Positions 1 to 9,861 of a DNA stretch of 64,000 bases are shown one piece after another; position 1 is the stretch's first letter, and the number at the start of each line of letters is the position of its first letter. Origin of the DNA: an uncultured Anaerolineales bacterium (GTDB lineage: Bacteria; Planctomycetota; Phycisphaerae; FEN-1346); the NCBI GenBank assembly GCA_964461715.1, contig CAYWVR010000001.1, positions 14,400-78,399 of the forward strand, in the 5' to 3' direction. Below the pieces are notes generated by a model. That model ran no database searches. It saw only the letters and a list, made by a program, of their open reading frames with translations, and had not been told where the DNA came from. The position numbers and the translations under genes are program-made.

Positions 1-341
1 CCTCCTTCGGGTTCCTCTGGTATAACTGCAGCCCGGCCCGGGTCTTCATGGGCGACACGGGCAGCCTGGCCCTGGGCGGGGCCATTGGGTACGTGGCCCT
101 GGCGACGCGGCAGGAGGTGCTGCTGCTCTTTGCGGGGGGCCTCTTTGTGCTGGAGGCGCTCAGCGTTATGAGCCAGGTTGTCTACTTCAAGCTGACGGGC
201 GGGAAGCGGATCTTCCTGATGTCGCCGATCCACCACCATTTCCAGCTCAAGGGCTGGACGGAGACACAGACGGTCGTGCGTTTCTGGCTGCTCGGGGCGA
301 TGTTCGCCGCCCTCGCCCTGGCGACCTTGAAGCTGCGGTAG
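1..341 (+). CDS. mraY: Phospho-N-acetylmuramoyl-pentapeptide transferase MraY, C-terminal part (5' end outside window)
   Basis: In-frame translation from nt 3 gives ...[29 protein letters not shown]...[11 protein letters not shown], the conserved MraY C-terminal motifs. Sits at the head of a dcw cluster. Confidence 0.85.
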   Translation, partial: SFGFLWYNCSPARVFMGDTGSLALGGAIGYVALATRQEVLLLFAGGLFVLEALSVMSQVVYFKLTGGKRIFLMSPIHHHFQLKGWTETQTVVRFWLLGAMFAALALATLKLR

Positions 342-354
342 CGGGAGACACACG

Positions 355-1554
355 ATGACAATCCTGGCGTCGCGCGAGCTTGCCGCCGGTCGGACCGCGG
401 ACGAGGTCCGGCCCGTGGCGCCCTATGCGGCCCTGGTGGCGACGGTGCTGGCCCTGATGGCCGTCGGGCTGATGATGGTCTTCAGCGCGAGCCGCACCGT
501 CGAGGCCGAGCGCGACGGGTACTACTTCGGTCGGCACATGGTGTTCCTGCCGGTGGCGCTGGTTGTCCTGGCCGCGGCGACGCGGTTTCCGTACGCGAAG
601 CTGAACCGTCGATGGGTGGGCCTGGCGGCCCTGGCGGTGACGGTGGGTCTGCTGGTGGCGGTGCTCTTTTTCGGTCAGGAGCGGAATTACGCCCGCCGCT
701 GGTTCGCCCTTCCCCTCGGGTCGTTCAGCGTCAGCCTCCAGCCGTCGGAGATCGCGAAGCTCGGTCTGGCCCTTTTCCTCGCGTGGTACTTCAGCCGTCC
801 GGCCGTCGAGGCGCGGCGGTTCGTGGCCGGATTCGTGGTGCCGATGGCCACGGTGGGGGCGGTGGCGGCACTCATCGCGGTCGAGGACCTGGGGACGGGG
901 GCCCTCGTGGGGACGATCGGGGCGCTCGTGTGCCTCATCGCGGGGACGCGGCTGCGGTACTTCCTCCTGGCGCTGCCGCCGGCGGCCCTCGGGTTCTACG
1001 TCTTTGTCGCGCGGGTGCCCTACCGATGGGAGCGGCTGGTCGTCTTCGTCGACCCGTGGGCCCACGAGAGCGGGTCGGGATGGCACGTGATTCAGAGCCT
1101 GATGGCCATCGGGCGGGGGGGCCTGTTCGGCGTCGGAATCGGGGCGGGCGTCCAGAAATTCTACCTCCCGGAGAACGCGACCGACTTCATCTTCTCGGTC
1201 CTGTGTGAGGAGATGGGCATCCTAGGCGGCATCCTGGTCCTGGGCCTCTTCGGTGTCCTGGTCTGGCGGGCCGGGCAGGTCGTGCGGCACGCTCCGGACC
1301 GCTTCGCGCTGCTGCTGGCGTCGGGGCTTACGCTGGCCATCGGACTCCAGGCGGCGATCAACATCGGCGTGGTGACGGCGGCCCTTCCTGCGAAGGGCAT
1401 CGGATTGCCGTTCGTCAGCTACGGCGGGTCGGGGCTCGTGATCATGAGCGCGGCGGCGGGTCTGCTGGCCTCGATCGCCCGGCGGACGGCTCGCCCACGA
1501 CCCGAGGCCGTCCCGCTGGTCCATCGCCACGCCACGTCCGAGGACGGAGGATAG
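355..1554 (+). CDS. ftsW: SEDS-family peptidoglycan glycosyltransferase / cell division protein FtsW
   Basis: Polytopic membrane protein with the FtsW/RodA signature (GSGWHVIQSLMAIGRGGLFGVGIGAGVQKFYLPENATDFIFSV). Position between mraY and murG. Confidence 0.85.
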   Translation: MTILASRELAAGRTADEVRPVAPYAALVATVLALMAVGLMMVFSASRTVEAERDGYYFGRHMVFLPVALVVLAAATRFPYAKLNRRWVGLAALAVTVGLLVAVLFFGQERNYARRWFALPLGSFSVSLQPSEIAKLGLALFLAWYFSRPAVEARRFVAGFVVPMATVGAVAALIAVEDLGTGALVGTIGALVCLIAGTRLRYFLLALPPAALGFYVFVARVPYRWERLVVFVDPWAHESGSGWHVIQSLMAIGRGGLFGVGIGAGVQKFYLPENATDFIFSVLCEEMGILGGILVLGLFGVLVWRAGQVVRHAPDRFALLLASGLTLAIGLQAAINIGVVTAALPAKGIGLPFVSYGGSGLVIMSAAAGLLASIARRTARPRPEAVPLVHRHATSEDGG

Positions 1555-1560
1555 AGACCC

Positions 1561-2769
1561 GTGACGGAGCTCCGCGAGAATCGGCGGCGCGTTTTCCTGG
1601 CCGGCGGCGGGACGGGGGGGCACCTGTACCCTGGCCTCGCCGTGGCGCGCGCCCTCTGCGCGGCGCGACCGGAGACGGCCGTCGCCTTCTCGACGACGCG
1701 TAAGACCATCGACCGGCGGATCCTCGCCGAGACCGACTATCCGGCCACACCCATCGCCGCCGTCCCCTTCCGCAAGGCCCCCTGGACTTGGCCGCGCTTC
1801 CTCTTGAGCCTGGCCCACACGGGCCTCCAGGTGCGGCGTCGGTTCCGCGAGTTCTGCCCGGATGTCGTGGTGGGCCTCGGAGGCTACGGGAGCTACGCCC
1901 CCGGGCGCGTCGGCCGCAAGTATGGTTGTGCGACGGTCCTCCTGAACCCGGACATCGTTCCCGGCAAGGCGAACCGCGTCCTCGGCTTGTCGGTCGACCT
2001 GGTCTGCTGCCAGTTCGAGGAGACGCTGGAGGTTTTCGGTGACCGGGCCCGACTGACCGGGTGCCCCATCCGTCCCGACCTCCTGGACGCGACGCGCCCC
2101 GAGGCCCTCGAAGCCTACGGCCTGGACCCGGAGCGCAAGACGCTGCTCGTCACGGGTGCAAGCTCCGGCGCGCGGACCGTCAACCGGGCCGTCTGCGCGA
2201 TGCTCCGGGAAGGGCGGCTGCCGGACGGCTGGCAGATGCTCCACCTCGCGGGGCCGGCCGACCACGCCCACGTCGAGGCGGTCTACGGCGATGCCCGCGT
2301 CCCCGGGACGGTCCTCGCCTACGAGCACGCCATGGGCCGGGCCTACGCGGCGGCGGACCTCGCGATCGCCCGGGCGGGGGCCTCGACCGTGGCGGAGCTG
2401 ACGGCCTGCGGCGTGCCCGCGATCTTCCTGCCCTATCCCTTCCACCGGGACCAGCACCAGATGCGGCAGGCGCGGGCGGTCGAGGCCCAAGGGGCGGCGG
2501 TGGTCGTCGAGGACCGCCCGGAGGCCCCGCAAGCGACGTGGCGGGACCTGGCGGAGACCGTGGCGACGCTGGCGCGGCACGAGGTTCGGCGGGCGGAGAT
2601 GCGGCGGGAGGCTCGCCGTCGGGGCCGTCCCGACGCCGCCAAAGCCGTGGCCGAGGCCGTTCTGGAGCTGGCCGACGCCGCCTGCCGCCGCCGCCATGCC
2701 GCCCTTCGCGGCGACGTTGACAAGGCGCCGCCCGCGTCGTACACTCCGCAAGGAGAGCCGCACGGATGA
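1561..2769 (+). CDS. murG: UDP-GlcNAc:lipid I N-acetylglucosaminyltransferase MurG
   Basis: N-terminal GGGTGGHLYPGLAVA motif. GT28 architecture. dcw context. Confidence 0.9.
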   Translation: MTELRENRRRVFLAGGGTGGHLYPGLAVARALCAARPETAVAFSTTRKTIDRRILAETDYPATPIAAVPFRKAPWTWPRFLLSLAHTGLQVRRRFREFCPDVVVGLGGYGSYAPGRVGRKYGCATVLLNPDIVPGKANRVLGLSVDLVCCQFEETLEVFGDRARLTGCPIRPDLLDATRPEALEAYGLDPERKTLLVTGASSGARTVNRAVCAMLREGRLPDGWQMLHLAGPADHAHVEAVYGDARVPGTVLAYEHAMGRAYAAADLAIARAGASTVAELTACGVPAIFLPYPFHRDQHQMRQARAVEAQGAAVVVEDRPEAPQATWRDLAETVATLARHEVRRAEMRREARRRGRPDAAKAVAEAVLELADAACRRRHAALRGDVDKAPPASYTPQGEPHG

Positions 2770-4244
2770 CCCCCGATGCCACCCCCAATCCGCAGGGCCC
2801 CTTCGCCGGCCGCGCGATTCATTTCGTCGGCATCGGCGGGTGCGGAATGTCCGGGCTGGCGGCGTTCGTGCTGAACGAGGGGGCGAGGGTCTCCGGCTCC
2901 GATGTCCGCGCCGGCGCCGTCACCCAGCGCCTCGCTTGTCTCGGCGCGACCGTCCACGTCGGTCACGCCGCCGAGAACGTCCCGCCCGAGGCCGACACCC
3001 TCGTCGCGAGCGCGGCCGTCCAGGGCGACAATCCGGAACTGGTCGAGGCCCACCGCCGTGACATCCGTGTCGAGAAGTACGCGGTGTTCCTTGGGCGGCT
3101 GATGGCCCTTCGGGAGGGCATCGCGGTCAGCGGCACGCACGGCAAGAGCACGACCACCGCGATGCTGGCGTTCGTCCTGAGGGAGGCGGGACTGGACCCG
3201 AGCTTCGTTGTCGGGGCCGACGTGCCGCAGCTGGGTGGCGGGTCGCGCGCGGGGCAGGGGCGGCACTTCGTGGCGGAGGCGTGCGAGTTTGACCGCTCGT
3301 TCCACAACCTGAGCCCCCGGGCCGCCGCCGTTCTCAACGTCGACGAGGACCATCTGGACTGCTTCCCGGGTGGCATCGCGGAGATTCGGGCCGCATTCCG
3401 CACCTTCGCGTCCCGCGTTGCCCCGGACGGCCTCCTGATCGTCAACGGGGCCGACCCCGACACGGCCGACGCGGCGCGGGGCCTGGAGCGGCCCGTCACG
3501 ACGTTCGGCATGGGCGGCGCGTACGACTGGCGGGCCGAGAACCTCGAGGAGCACACCGGCTGCTACGCCTTCGACGTTTATCGTGGGGCGGATGTCTACG
3601 CTCGCATGCAGCTCTCGCTACCGGGGCGGCACAACGTGCTCAATGCCCTTGCGGCCGCGGCGCTGGCGGACTGGGCGGGTGCGGAGGCGGAGGACGTGGC
3701 CGGGGCCCTCGGACGCTTCGCGGGCTGCCGCCGGCGGATGGAGGTCCTCGGCACGGCGGGGGGCGTGACGGTGGTCGACGACTACGCCCATCACCCGAAC
3801 GAGATCGTCGCCACGTTGAAGGCCGCCCGCGAGCGGTTCAAGCCGAACCGGCTCTGGGTCGTTTTCCAGCCGCATCAGCACAGCCGGACGCGGTTCCTCC
3901 TGAAAGACTTCGCGCTGGCGCTGCTGCATGCCGATAAGGTGATTGTGCCGGACATCTACTTCGTCCGGGACAGCGAGGTCGAGCGGCAGCAGGTGCACAG
4001 CCGCCATCTGGTCGGGCAGATGGAGGGCCGGGGGGACGCCCTCTACATGAAGGACTTCGAGAGCATCCGGCGGTACCTCACGGAGAGCCTGGAGCCCGGC
4101 GACGTGCTGCTCGTCATGGGCGCCGGCGACATCGGGCGCATCGCCCCGCCGCTGATGGCGAACCTGGCGGCCCGCGCCGCCTCTTCGGATCGGGCCGCGG
4201 CCCCCGGAGCAAGGACAGAGAATGGCCATCTTCAAGGGACTTGA
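2766..4244 (+). CDS. murC: UDP-N-acetylmuramate--L-alanine ligase MurC
   Basis: HFVGIGGCGMSGLA N-terminus and GTHGKSTTTAM P-loop (Mur ligase). Start overlaps the murG stop. Confidence 0.9.
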   Translation: MTPDATPNPQGPFAGRAIHFVGIGGCGMSGLAAFVLNEGARVSGSDVRAGAVTQRLACLGATVHVGHAAENVPPEADTLVASAAVQGDNPELVEAHRRDIRVEKYAVFLGRLMALREGIAVSGTHGKSTTTAMLAFVLREAGLDPSFVVGADVPQLGGGSRAGQGRHFVAEACEFDRSFHNLSPRAAAVLNVDEDHLDCFPGGIAEIRAAFRTFASRVAPDGLLIVNGADPDTADAARGLERPVTTFGMGGAYDWRAENLEEHTGCYAFDVYRGADVYARMQLSLPGRHNVLNALAAAALADWAGAEAEDVAGALGRFAGCRRRMEVLGTAGGVTVVDDYAHHPNEIVATLKAARERFKPNRLWVVFQPHQHSRTRFLLKDFALALLHADKVIVPDIYFVRDSEVERQQVHSRHLVGQMEGRGDALYMKDFESIRRYLTESLEPGDVLLVMGAGDIGRIAPPLMANLAARAASSDRAAAPGARTENGHLQGT

Positions 4245-5109
4245 CGAGATCATCCAGACGGACGCCCCGCTGGGGGCCATGACGACCTTCGGCGTCGGCG
4301 GGTCGGCCGAGTACCTGGCCCGGCCCCGCGACGAGGGCGAGCTGCACCAAGTCCTCGGGCAGGCCGATGCGGCGGGCCTGGAGGTCCACGCTATCGGGCG
4401 CGGCTCGAACATCCTCGTGCGCGACGAGGGCGTCGAAGGCGTCGTCGTCCAGCCCGACCGCAAGGGCTTCGGCCGCATCGAGGTGACCGAGGACCTGATG
4501 CGGGCCGGGGCCGCGGCCCCGCTCCGCAAGGTTGTCGAGGAGGCCGCGCGCCAGGGACTTTCGGGCATGGAGTGCCTCGTGGGCATCCCGGGCACGGTGG
4601 GGGGCGGGGTGCGGATGAACGCCGGCGGCGCCTTCGGCGACATCGGCCAGACCGTCGAGCGCGTCAAGGTCATGGACGTCCACGGCCAGACCTTCTACCG
4701 CGAACGCGACGACCTGGCCTTCGGCTACCGCACGAGCAACATCTCCGCCCGCTTCGTCCTGGAGGCCGAGCTGCGGCTCCTGCCGGACGCCGAGAAGGCC
4801 ATCCTCGCCCGCATGCGGAAGATTTGGATCGCCAAGAAGAACTCCCAGCCCACCGGGTCCTCCAGCGCCGGGTGCATCTTCAGGAACCCGCGGGGGCTCT
4901 CGGCCGGGGCCCTGATCGACCAGGCGGGCCTCAAGGGTGAGCAGGTGGGCGGGGCCATGGTCAGCCACAAGCACGCCAACTACATCGTCGTCAAGGACAG
5001 GGCCGCCGCCACCGCCGCCGACATCCTGGAGCTCATCGAGACGATGCGCGCGGCCGTGAAGGAACGCTTCGACGTGTATCTGGAACTCGAGATTCAGGTC
5101 TGGCCGTGA
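4222..5109 (+). CDS. murB: UDP-N-acetylenolpyruvoylglucosamine reductase MurB
   Basis: FAD-binding MurB-like N-terminus (TTFGVGGSAEYLARP). C-terminal MurB domain. dcw context. Confidence 0.85.
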   Translation: MAIFKGLDEIIQTDAPLGAMTTFGVGGSAEYLARPRDEGELHQVLGQADAAGLEVHAIGRGSNILVRDEGVEGVVVQPDRKGFGRIEVTEDLMRAGAAAPLRKVVEEAARQGLSGMECLVGIPGTVGGGVRMNAGGAFGDIGQTVERVKVMDVHGQTFYRERDDLAFGYRTSNISARFVLEAELRLLPDAEKAILARMRKIWIAKKNSQPTGSSSAGCIFRNPRGLSAGALIDQAGLKGEQVGGAMVSHKHANYIVVKDRAAATAADILELIETMRAAVKERFDVYLELEIQVWP

Positions 5110-6080
5110 CCCGAACCGCCGCGACCGCCGGAGCCGAGACCCGCATGGACCGAACCGTACGCACGGTCGGCGTGCTGATGGGCGGATGCTCGAAGGAGCG
5201 CGCCATCAGCCTCCAGACGGGCCGCGCGATCGCCGACGCCCTGGGCCGCGCCGGCTGCGACGTCCGTCCCACCGACGTGAGGCCCGGTCAGGTCACCCGC
5301 GACCTCGTCGATGGCCTCGACGTGGTGTTCCTCGCGTTCCACGGGACGTGGGGCGAGGACGGCGGCGTCCAGAACGAGCTCGAGGCCCTCGGGGTCCTCT
5401 ACACCGGATGCGGGCCGGAGGCCAGCCGGTTGGCGATGGACAAGCCCGCCGCCAAGGCGCGGTTCCTTGAGGCGGGCGTCCCGACCCCGGCGTTCCGGAT
5501 CGCGTCGCGCGGCGATGAGGCGGCCTTGGCCGAGGCGCTCGAGACGCTGGGACCGAAGCTGGTGGCGAAGCCGACTGCCGAGGGCAGCTCGATCGGCATT
5601 CACATGTGCACGGGTCTCGCGGCGCTGCGGCACGGGGCGGAGGCCGTCTGGGCCGACCACGAGGCCGTGCTCATCGAGCGCCGTATCGAGGGACGCGAGC
5701 TGACCGTCGGAATCTTGGGCGAGACGCCGCTGCCCGTCACCGAGATCGTCCCGCCCAAGCCGGGCCGCTGGTTCGACTTCGAGAACAAGTACCACGCCGA
5801 TTGCGCCCGCTTCGACCACGATCTGTCGCCCGAGGTCGAGCGGCACGTTGCGGAGACGGCCCTGGCGGCCCATCGGACCCTCGGCTGCCGCGACCTCTCG
5901 CGCGTGGACCTGATGCTGACGGCCGAGGGCGAGCCCCGTGTCCTGGAGGTCAACACGATCCCCGGCTTCACGGATCACAGCCTGGTGCCGAAGGCGGCCG
6001 AGCGGGCGGGCCTTTCGTTCGCGCGGCTGTGCGAGCGGATCGTCGAGTTGGCGTGGGCCCGCCGCACGGAGACGGGCTGA
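5106..6080 (+). CDS. ddl: D-alanine--D-alanine ligase (true start possibly at ~5148, MDRTVRTVGVLMGG)
   Basis: VGVLMGGCSKERAISLQTG N-terminus, ATP-grasp core and EVNTIPG C-terminal motif. Confidence 0.85.
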   Translation: MTRTAATAGAETRMDRTVRTVGVLMGGCSKERAISLQTGRAIADALGRAGCDVRPTDVRPGQVTRDLVDGLDVVFLAFHGTWGEDGGVQNELEALGVLYTGCGPEASRLAMDKPAAKARFLEAGVPTPAFRIASRGDEAALAEALETLGPKLVAKPTAEGSSIGIHMCTGLAALRHGAEAVWADHEAVLIERRIEGRELTVGILGETPLPVTEIVPPKPGRWFDFENKYHADCARFDHDLSPEVERHVAETALAAHRTLGCRDLSRVDLMLTAEGEPRVLEVNTIPGFTDHSLVPKAAERAGLSFARLCERIVELAWARRTETG

Positions 6081-6095
6081 CCCAAGGAGCTTCCC

Positions 6096-7082
6096 ATGCC
6101 GCGCAAGAGAAAGGTCAAGATTCAGAAGGCCGGCCGGTTCCCGGGCCTCAGCGTCCGCCTCGCGAAGGGGGTGGGGGCGGTGGCGGCGGTGGCGGCGGGG
6201 GTGTGCGGCCTCGTCTGGGGGTTTCAGGAGCTGGGGGCCTCGGTCGCGACGCATCCGGACTACGTCGTCTCGCGGGATGAGTTGGAGCTGGCCGCCGGGC
6301 CGTCCTGGATGACCCCCGCGATGCTCGCGGAGCTGGACCTTCGGACGCTGGACCCGGAGTTCCCCGCCACGTTCAGCCTGCTGGACCCGGCGGTGTGCGC
6401 CCGGCTGGCGGCGGCGTACGCGCGGTCGCCGTGGGTCGAGCGGGTGGAGCGGGTTGTGAAGCACGACCCTCGATTTGCCGCCCGGGCCCAACGGGCCGCC
6501 GCGGATGATCCCGAGGCCGACCCGCCGCGCGCACTGGAGGTGCAGCTCGTGTTCCGGCGTCCGCTGGCGTTCGTCGAGCGGGCCGGGGGCCTGGCCCTGG
6601 TAGACGAAAAGGGCGTCCGGCTGCCCGGCACGTATCGCGAGCCGCGCCTGCGGCCGGTCGGGGCCACGGAGGACCTGAGTCTCCTGGTCATTACCGGGGT
6701 GCGCTCCGCGCCGCCGGAGCCGGGCCGGCGCTGGGACGACGCGACCGTGGAGGCCGGCGTCAAGGTGGCCCGGGGTCTGGCGCCGCGGCGGGCCCGGTTC
6801 GACCTGGCGAAGATCGACGTCTCGAACGTCGGCTACCGGCAGGACTCGCAGCGGAGCGAGGTGGCCGTCTACACGAGCCGCGGCACGGAGATTCGTTGGG
6901 GCAAGGCCCCGACGCGTCAGGCGGCCCTTCTGGAGGAGAAGACGGTCGGCGAGAAGGTCGGGTTCCTCGACTACGTCTACCAGCGGTTCGGCGGTCTCGA
7001 CGGCCGGTTCGAGTACATCGACGTCCCGAATCACGTGTACAAGCCCCGGGCCACGCCCCCGGTCCACCGGTTGCGGAGCTGA
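6096..7082 (+). CDS. ftsQ: Cell division protein FtsQ/DivIB-like (POTRA-containing)
   Basis: Basic N-terminus, single TM, then a periplasmic domain. Position directly after ddl as in canonical dcw clusters. The sequence assignment is weaker than for the mur genes. Confidence 0.55.
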   Translation: MPRKRKVKIQKAGRFPGLSVRLAKGVGAVAAVAAGVCGLVWGFQELGASVATHPDYVVSRDELELAAGPSWMTPAMLAELDLRTLDPEFPATFSLLDPAVCARLAAAYARSPWVERVERVVKHDPRFAARAQRAAADDPEADPPRALEVQLVFRRPLAFVERAGGLALVDEKGVRLPGTYREPRLRPVGATEDLSLLVITGVRSAPPEPGRRWDDATVEAGVKVARGLAPRRARFDLAKIDVSNVGYRQDSQRSEVAVYTSRGTEIRWGKAPTRQAALLEEKTVGEKVGFLDYVYQRFGGLDGRFEYIDVPNHVYKPRATPPVHRLRS

Positions 7083-7085
7083 CCC

Positions 7086-7775
7086 GTGGACGCCCCCCCG
7101 AGTGCCTCCTCCCGCGTGCTTCTGCCGGCGGTGTGGTGCGTGTGGCTGGCGGCGTGGCTCGTGCCCGCATTGCTGATCGCGCCGCACCTGGACGTCGTGC
7201 CCGCGTGGGTGGGGGCGGACGCGGCCCCGGCGGCGACGATGGCCGGGGCGGTCGTGTTCCTGGCGGCGCTCTGGCCGTTTTGGCCGGCGTGGGCGGGTCC
7301 CGTGAACGGGCGGATTCAGGCCCGGTGGGTCGGACTCGGCGTCCTGGAGCTCGCGACGCTCCTGGCCTTGGCCGCCCCGTTCGTCCTGGTGGCCCGGGCG
7401 GTGGGCAGCCGGGCGGTCGAGGTCACCTGGGTCGCGCTCGGATTGGCGGTGGCGGGCGCGCTGGGCCTCGGGTTCCGGATCGCGTGGGGTGGATGCGGAC
7501 CGGCGGCCGGACGGTGGCTGATGATGGCGGCGATGCTCCTGGTGGCCCTTCCCGTAGGCCTTGCGTACGTCGTCGCGGAGACCATGAACATGGCCCTGGT
7601 GCGCGTTTTCGAGGCCGGGCCGATCGCGGCGTCGATGTACGTGGCGCTCGAAGGGGCGCCCGAGACGACGTGGCGTCTCTTCACGGGTCTCGTTCTCTGG
7701 CCCGTGGCGGGCGCGGTGCTCGTGGCCGTCGGCCTCTCAGAGCAGGCGTGGCGGTATCGGCGCGGGGAGGGATGA
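7086..7775 (+). CDS. Hypothetical polytopic inner-membrane protein (Trp/Ala/Leu-rich, ~6 TM)
   Basis: ORF overlaps the ftsQ stop and shares its strand. Composed of hydrophobic helices. No recognisable domain. Confidence 0.45.
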   Translation: MDAPPSASSRVLLPAVWCVWLAAWLVPALLIAPHLDVVPAWVGADAAPAATMAGAVVFLAALWPFWPAWAGPVNGRIQARWVGLGVLELATLLALAAPFVLVARAVGSRAVEVTWVALGLAVAGALGLGFRIAWGGCGPAAGRWLMMAAMLLVALPVGLAYVVAETMNMALVRVFEAGPIAASMYVALEGAPETTWRLFTGLVLWPVAGAVLVAVGLSEQAWRYRRGEG

Positions 7776-8699
7776 TCACTTCTTCGCCCGCCGCTCCTCG
7801 GGCGGACGCGTCTTCCAGCGGCGGTGGACCCAGAGGTATTGGCCGGGGGCCATGCGAACGAGGCGCTCCAGCGCCGTCGTGTAGCGCTGCGTGATTGCCA
7901 GGGCCCCGTCCACGCCCTCGTAGCCCGCGGGGTCGATGACGTCCGTGACCGCGGTCCGAAAGCGGCAGCGGTGGCCCAGGCGGTACGTTCCCCCGACGTA
8001 GATGGGCACGCCCATCTCCATCGCCAGGTACGCGATGCTCTTGTAGGCGGAGGCTTTGCGGCCGAGGAACTCGACGAAGAAGCCGCGGCGGCCCGCGTCC
8101 TGGTCGGCCGGGAAGGCCAGCCGCTCGCCGCGCGCCAGCCTCGCCACCGCCTCCTCCGTCACGCCGAACTTCGAGAGGATCGTCTGGCCGGCCCGCTGGC
8201 GAAGGGTGAGGATGTGGCGGTCGAGGTAGGGGTTGTCGAGCGGGCGCCCCACCGACACCGTCGGGAAGCCCATCTCCGCAAGGATGTAGGCCCCCACCTC
8301 CCAGTTCCCGAAATGCCCGCCCACGAGGATGCACGGGCCGCCCGCCGCCACGCGCTCCAGGGGCCCCACGGCGCTCGGGTCCAGCTCGATCCGCTCGAAC
8401 CAGCGGTTGAACTGCATGGTGCGCGGCATGGTGAGGACCTCGACGCCGACCATGATCATGTGCTCGAAGCTCTTGCGGGCGAGACGACGCAGCTCGCGCT
8501 GCGAGGCGTCCGGGAAGCTTGCCCGGAGATTGGCCAGAGCGATCTTCCGGTGTCGCCGGTCGAGGAGATAGAGGAGCCACCCGACGAAGCGGGCAGTCCG
8601 CAGGTTCGCGTCGACGGGGAAGCATCCGAGGAGCATCTCGACGAACCGCAGGGCCCCGTACTGGAGGAGCCAGACGAAATGGCGGGGGGGCTTGCTCAC
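7776..8699 (-). CDS. Lipid A biosynthesis lauroyl/myristoyl (LpxL/HtrB-family) or lysophospholipid acyltransferase
   Basis: LpxL-family features: conserved N-terminal region, H(X4)D-like box (GGHFGNWE) and C-terminal basic tail. Confidence 0.7.
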   Translation of the reverse strand: MSKPPRHFVWLLQYGALRFVEMLLGCFPVDANLRTARFVGWLLYLLDRRHRKIALANLRASFPDASQRELRRLARKSFEHMIMVGVEVLTMPRTMQFNRWFERIELDPSAVGPLERVAAGGPCILVGGHFGNWEVGAYILAEMGFPTVSVGRPLDNPYLDRHILTLRQRAGQTILSKFGVTEEAVARLARGERLAFPADQDAGRRGFFVEFLGRKASAYKSIAYLAMEMGVPIYVGGTYRLGHRCRFRTAVTDVIDPAGYEGVDGALAITQRYTTALERLVRMAPGQYLWVHRRWKTRPPEERRAKK

Positions 8700-8756
8700 G
8701 GGCGGTAATTGTACGGCGTTGCCGGGCCCTCAGCAAGCGACTACAATCCTTTGCCC

Positions 8757-9803
8757 ATGGATGCCCTCGCCGACTACGATTACGACCTTTCGCCCGAGCG
8801 GATCGCGCAGGCGCCCGCCCGGCCGCGCGACGCGGCGCGGCTGATGGTGCTGCCGCGCGAGACCGGCCGCATCGAGCACCGCGGGTTCCGGGAACTGCCC
8901 GCGTTGCTGGACCCGTCGGATCTGGTGGTGATGAACGATACGCGGGTGATCCCGGCGGCGGTGACGGCGCGACGAGCGACGGGCGGGCGGATCGAGGGCT
9001 GTTTCCTGCGCGAGCGCGCCGACGGGCTCTGGGAGATGCTTCTCGCGGGAAGGGGACGCATCCGGGAGGGCGAGACGCTGGCGCTGGTCGATGCCGAGGG
9101 CGAAGCCGCGGCCGAGATCACGCTCCGCAAGCGCGGCGAGCGGGGGCTCTGGCATGTGCGGCCGCCGGCGGGAACGGACGCGACGGCGCTGCTCGAGCGC
9201 GTGGGCCGCCCGCCCCTGCCGCCCTACATCCGCCGCGACGCCGCCGACCCGCTCGACCGGGAGGACTACCAGACCGTCTACGCTTGCCGCGACGGGGCCG
9301 TCGCCGCCCCCACCGCCGGGCTCCATTTCACGCCACGCGTCCTGGCGGCGATGGACGCGCGCGGCATCGAGCGGGCCCGGGTGACGCTGCACGTGGGCCC
9401 GGGCACGTTCCAGCCGATCACGGTCGAGCGCCTGGCTGCCCATCAGATGCACGAGGAGGCGTACGAGGTTCCGCCGGAAACCGCCGAGGCGGTGCGCGCG
9501 GCCCGGGTGGCCAGGCGGCGGATCGTGGCCGTGGGGACGACGACGGTGCGGACGCTCGAGTCGGCGGCCGGGGAGGGCGGCGAAGTGCGGGCCGGGCCGG
9601 GGATGACGCGGCTCTTCATCCGTCCGCCGCACGCGTTCCGAGCGGTCGACGCGATGATCACGAACTTCCACCTGCCGCGCACGACGCTTCTGGTGATGGT
9701 GGCGGCGTTTGCGGGGCGCGAGCGGATTCTCGAAGCGTACGAGGAGGCGATGCGGGCGGGGTATCGGTTCTACAGCTACGGGGATGCGATGCTGATCGTG
9801 TAG
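8757..9803 (+). CDS. queA: S-adenosylmethionine:tRNA ribosyltransferase-isomerase QueA
   Basis: MDALADYDYDLSPERIAQAP...HFTP...FHLPRTTLLVMVAAF...FYSYGDAMLI, full-length QueA signature. Start chosen at the internal ATG of the 8709 ORF. Confidence 0.9.
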   Translation: MDALADYDYDLSPERIAQAPARPRDAARLMVLPRETGRIEHRGFRELPALLDPSDLVVMNDTRVIPAAVTARRATGGRIEGCFLRERADGLWEMLLAGRGRIREGETLALVDAEGEAAAEITLRKRGERGLWHVRPPAGTDATALLERVGRPPLPPYIRRDAADPLDREDYQTVYACRDGAVAAPTAGLHFTPRVLAAMDARGIERARVTLHVGPGTFQPITVERLAAHQMHEEAYEVPPETAEAVRAARVARRRIVAVGTTTVRTLESAAGEGGEVRAGPGMTRLFIRPPHAFRAVDAMITNFHLPRTTLLVMVAAFAGRERILEAYEEAMRAGYRFYSYGDAMLIV

Positions 9804-9861
9804 ACCCGACCAGCCGTCGCGGCGGGTCAGGAAGCCCACCGCGCCAAGGGCTCCCGGATGG

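Noticed and set aside
1222-2763. 513-aa minus-strand ORF antisense to ftsW/murG, with similar ORFs at 247-1086, 2433-3554, 3618-4673, 4114-4974 and 5094-7187
   Set aside because: Arg/Pro/Gly-rich, low-complexity translations lying entirely antisense to well-supported dcw genes. These are the stop-codon-poor frames expected at 70% GC.
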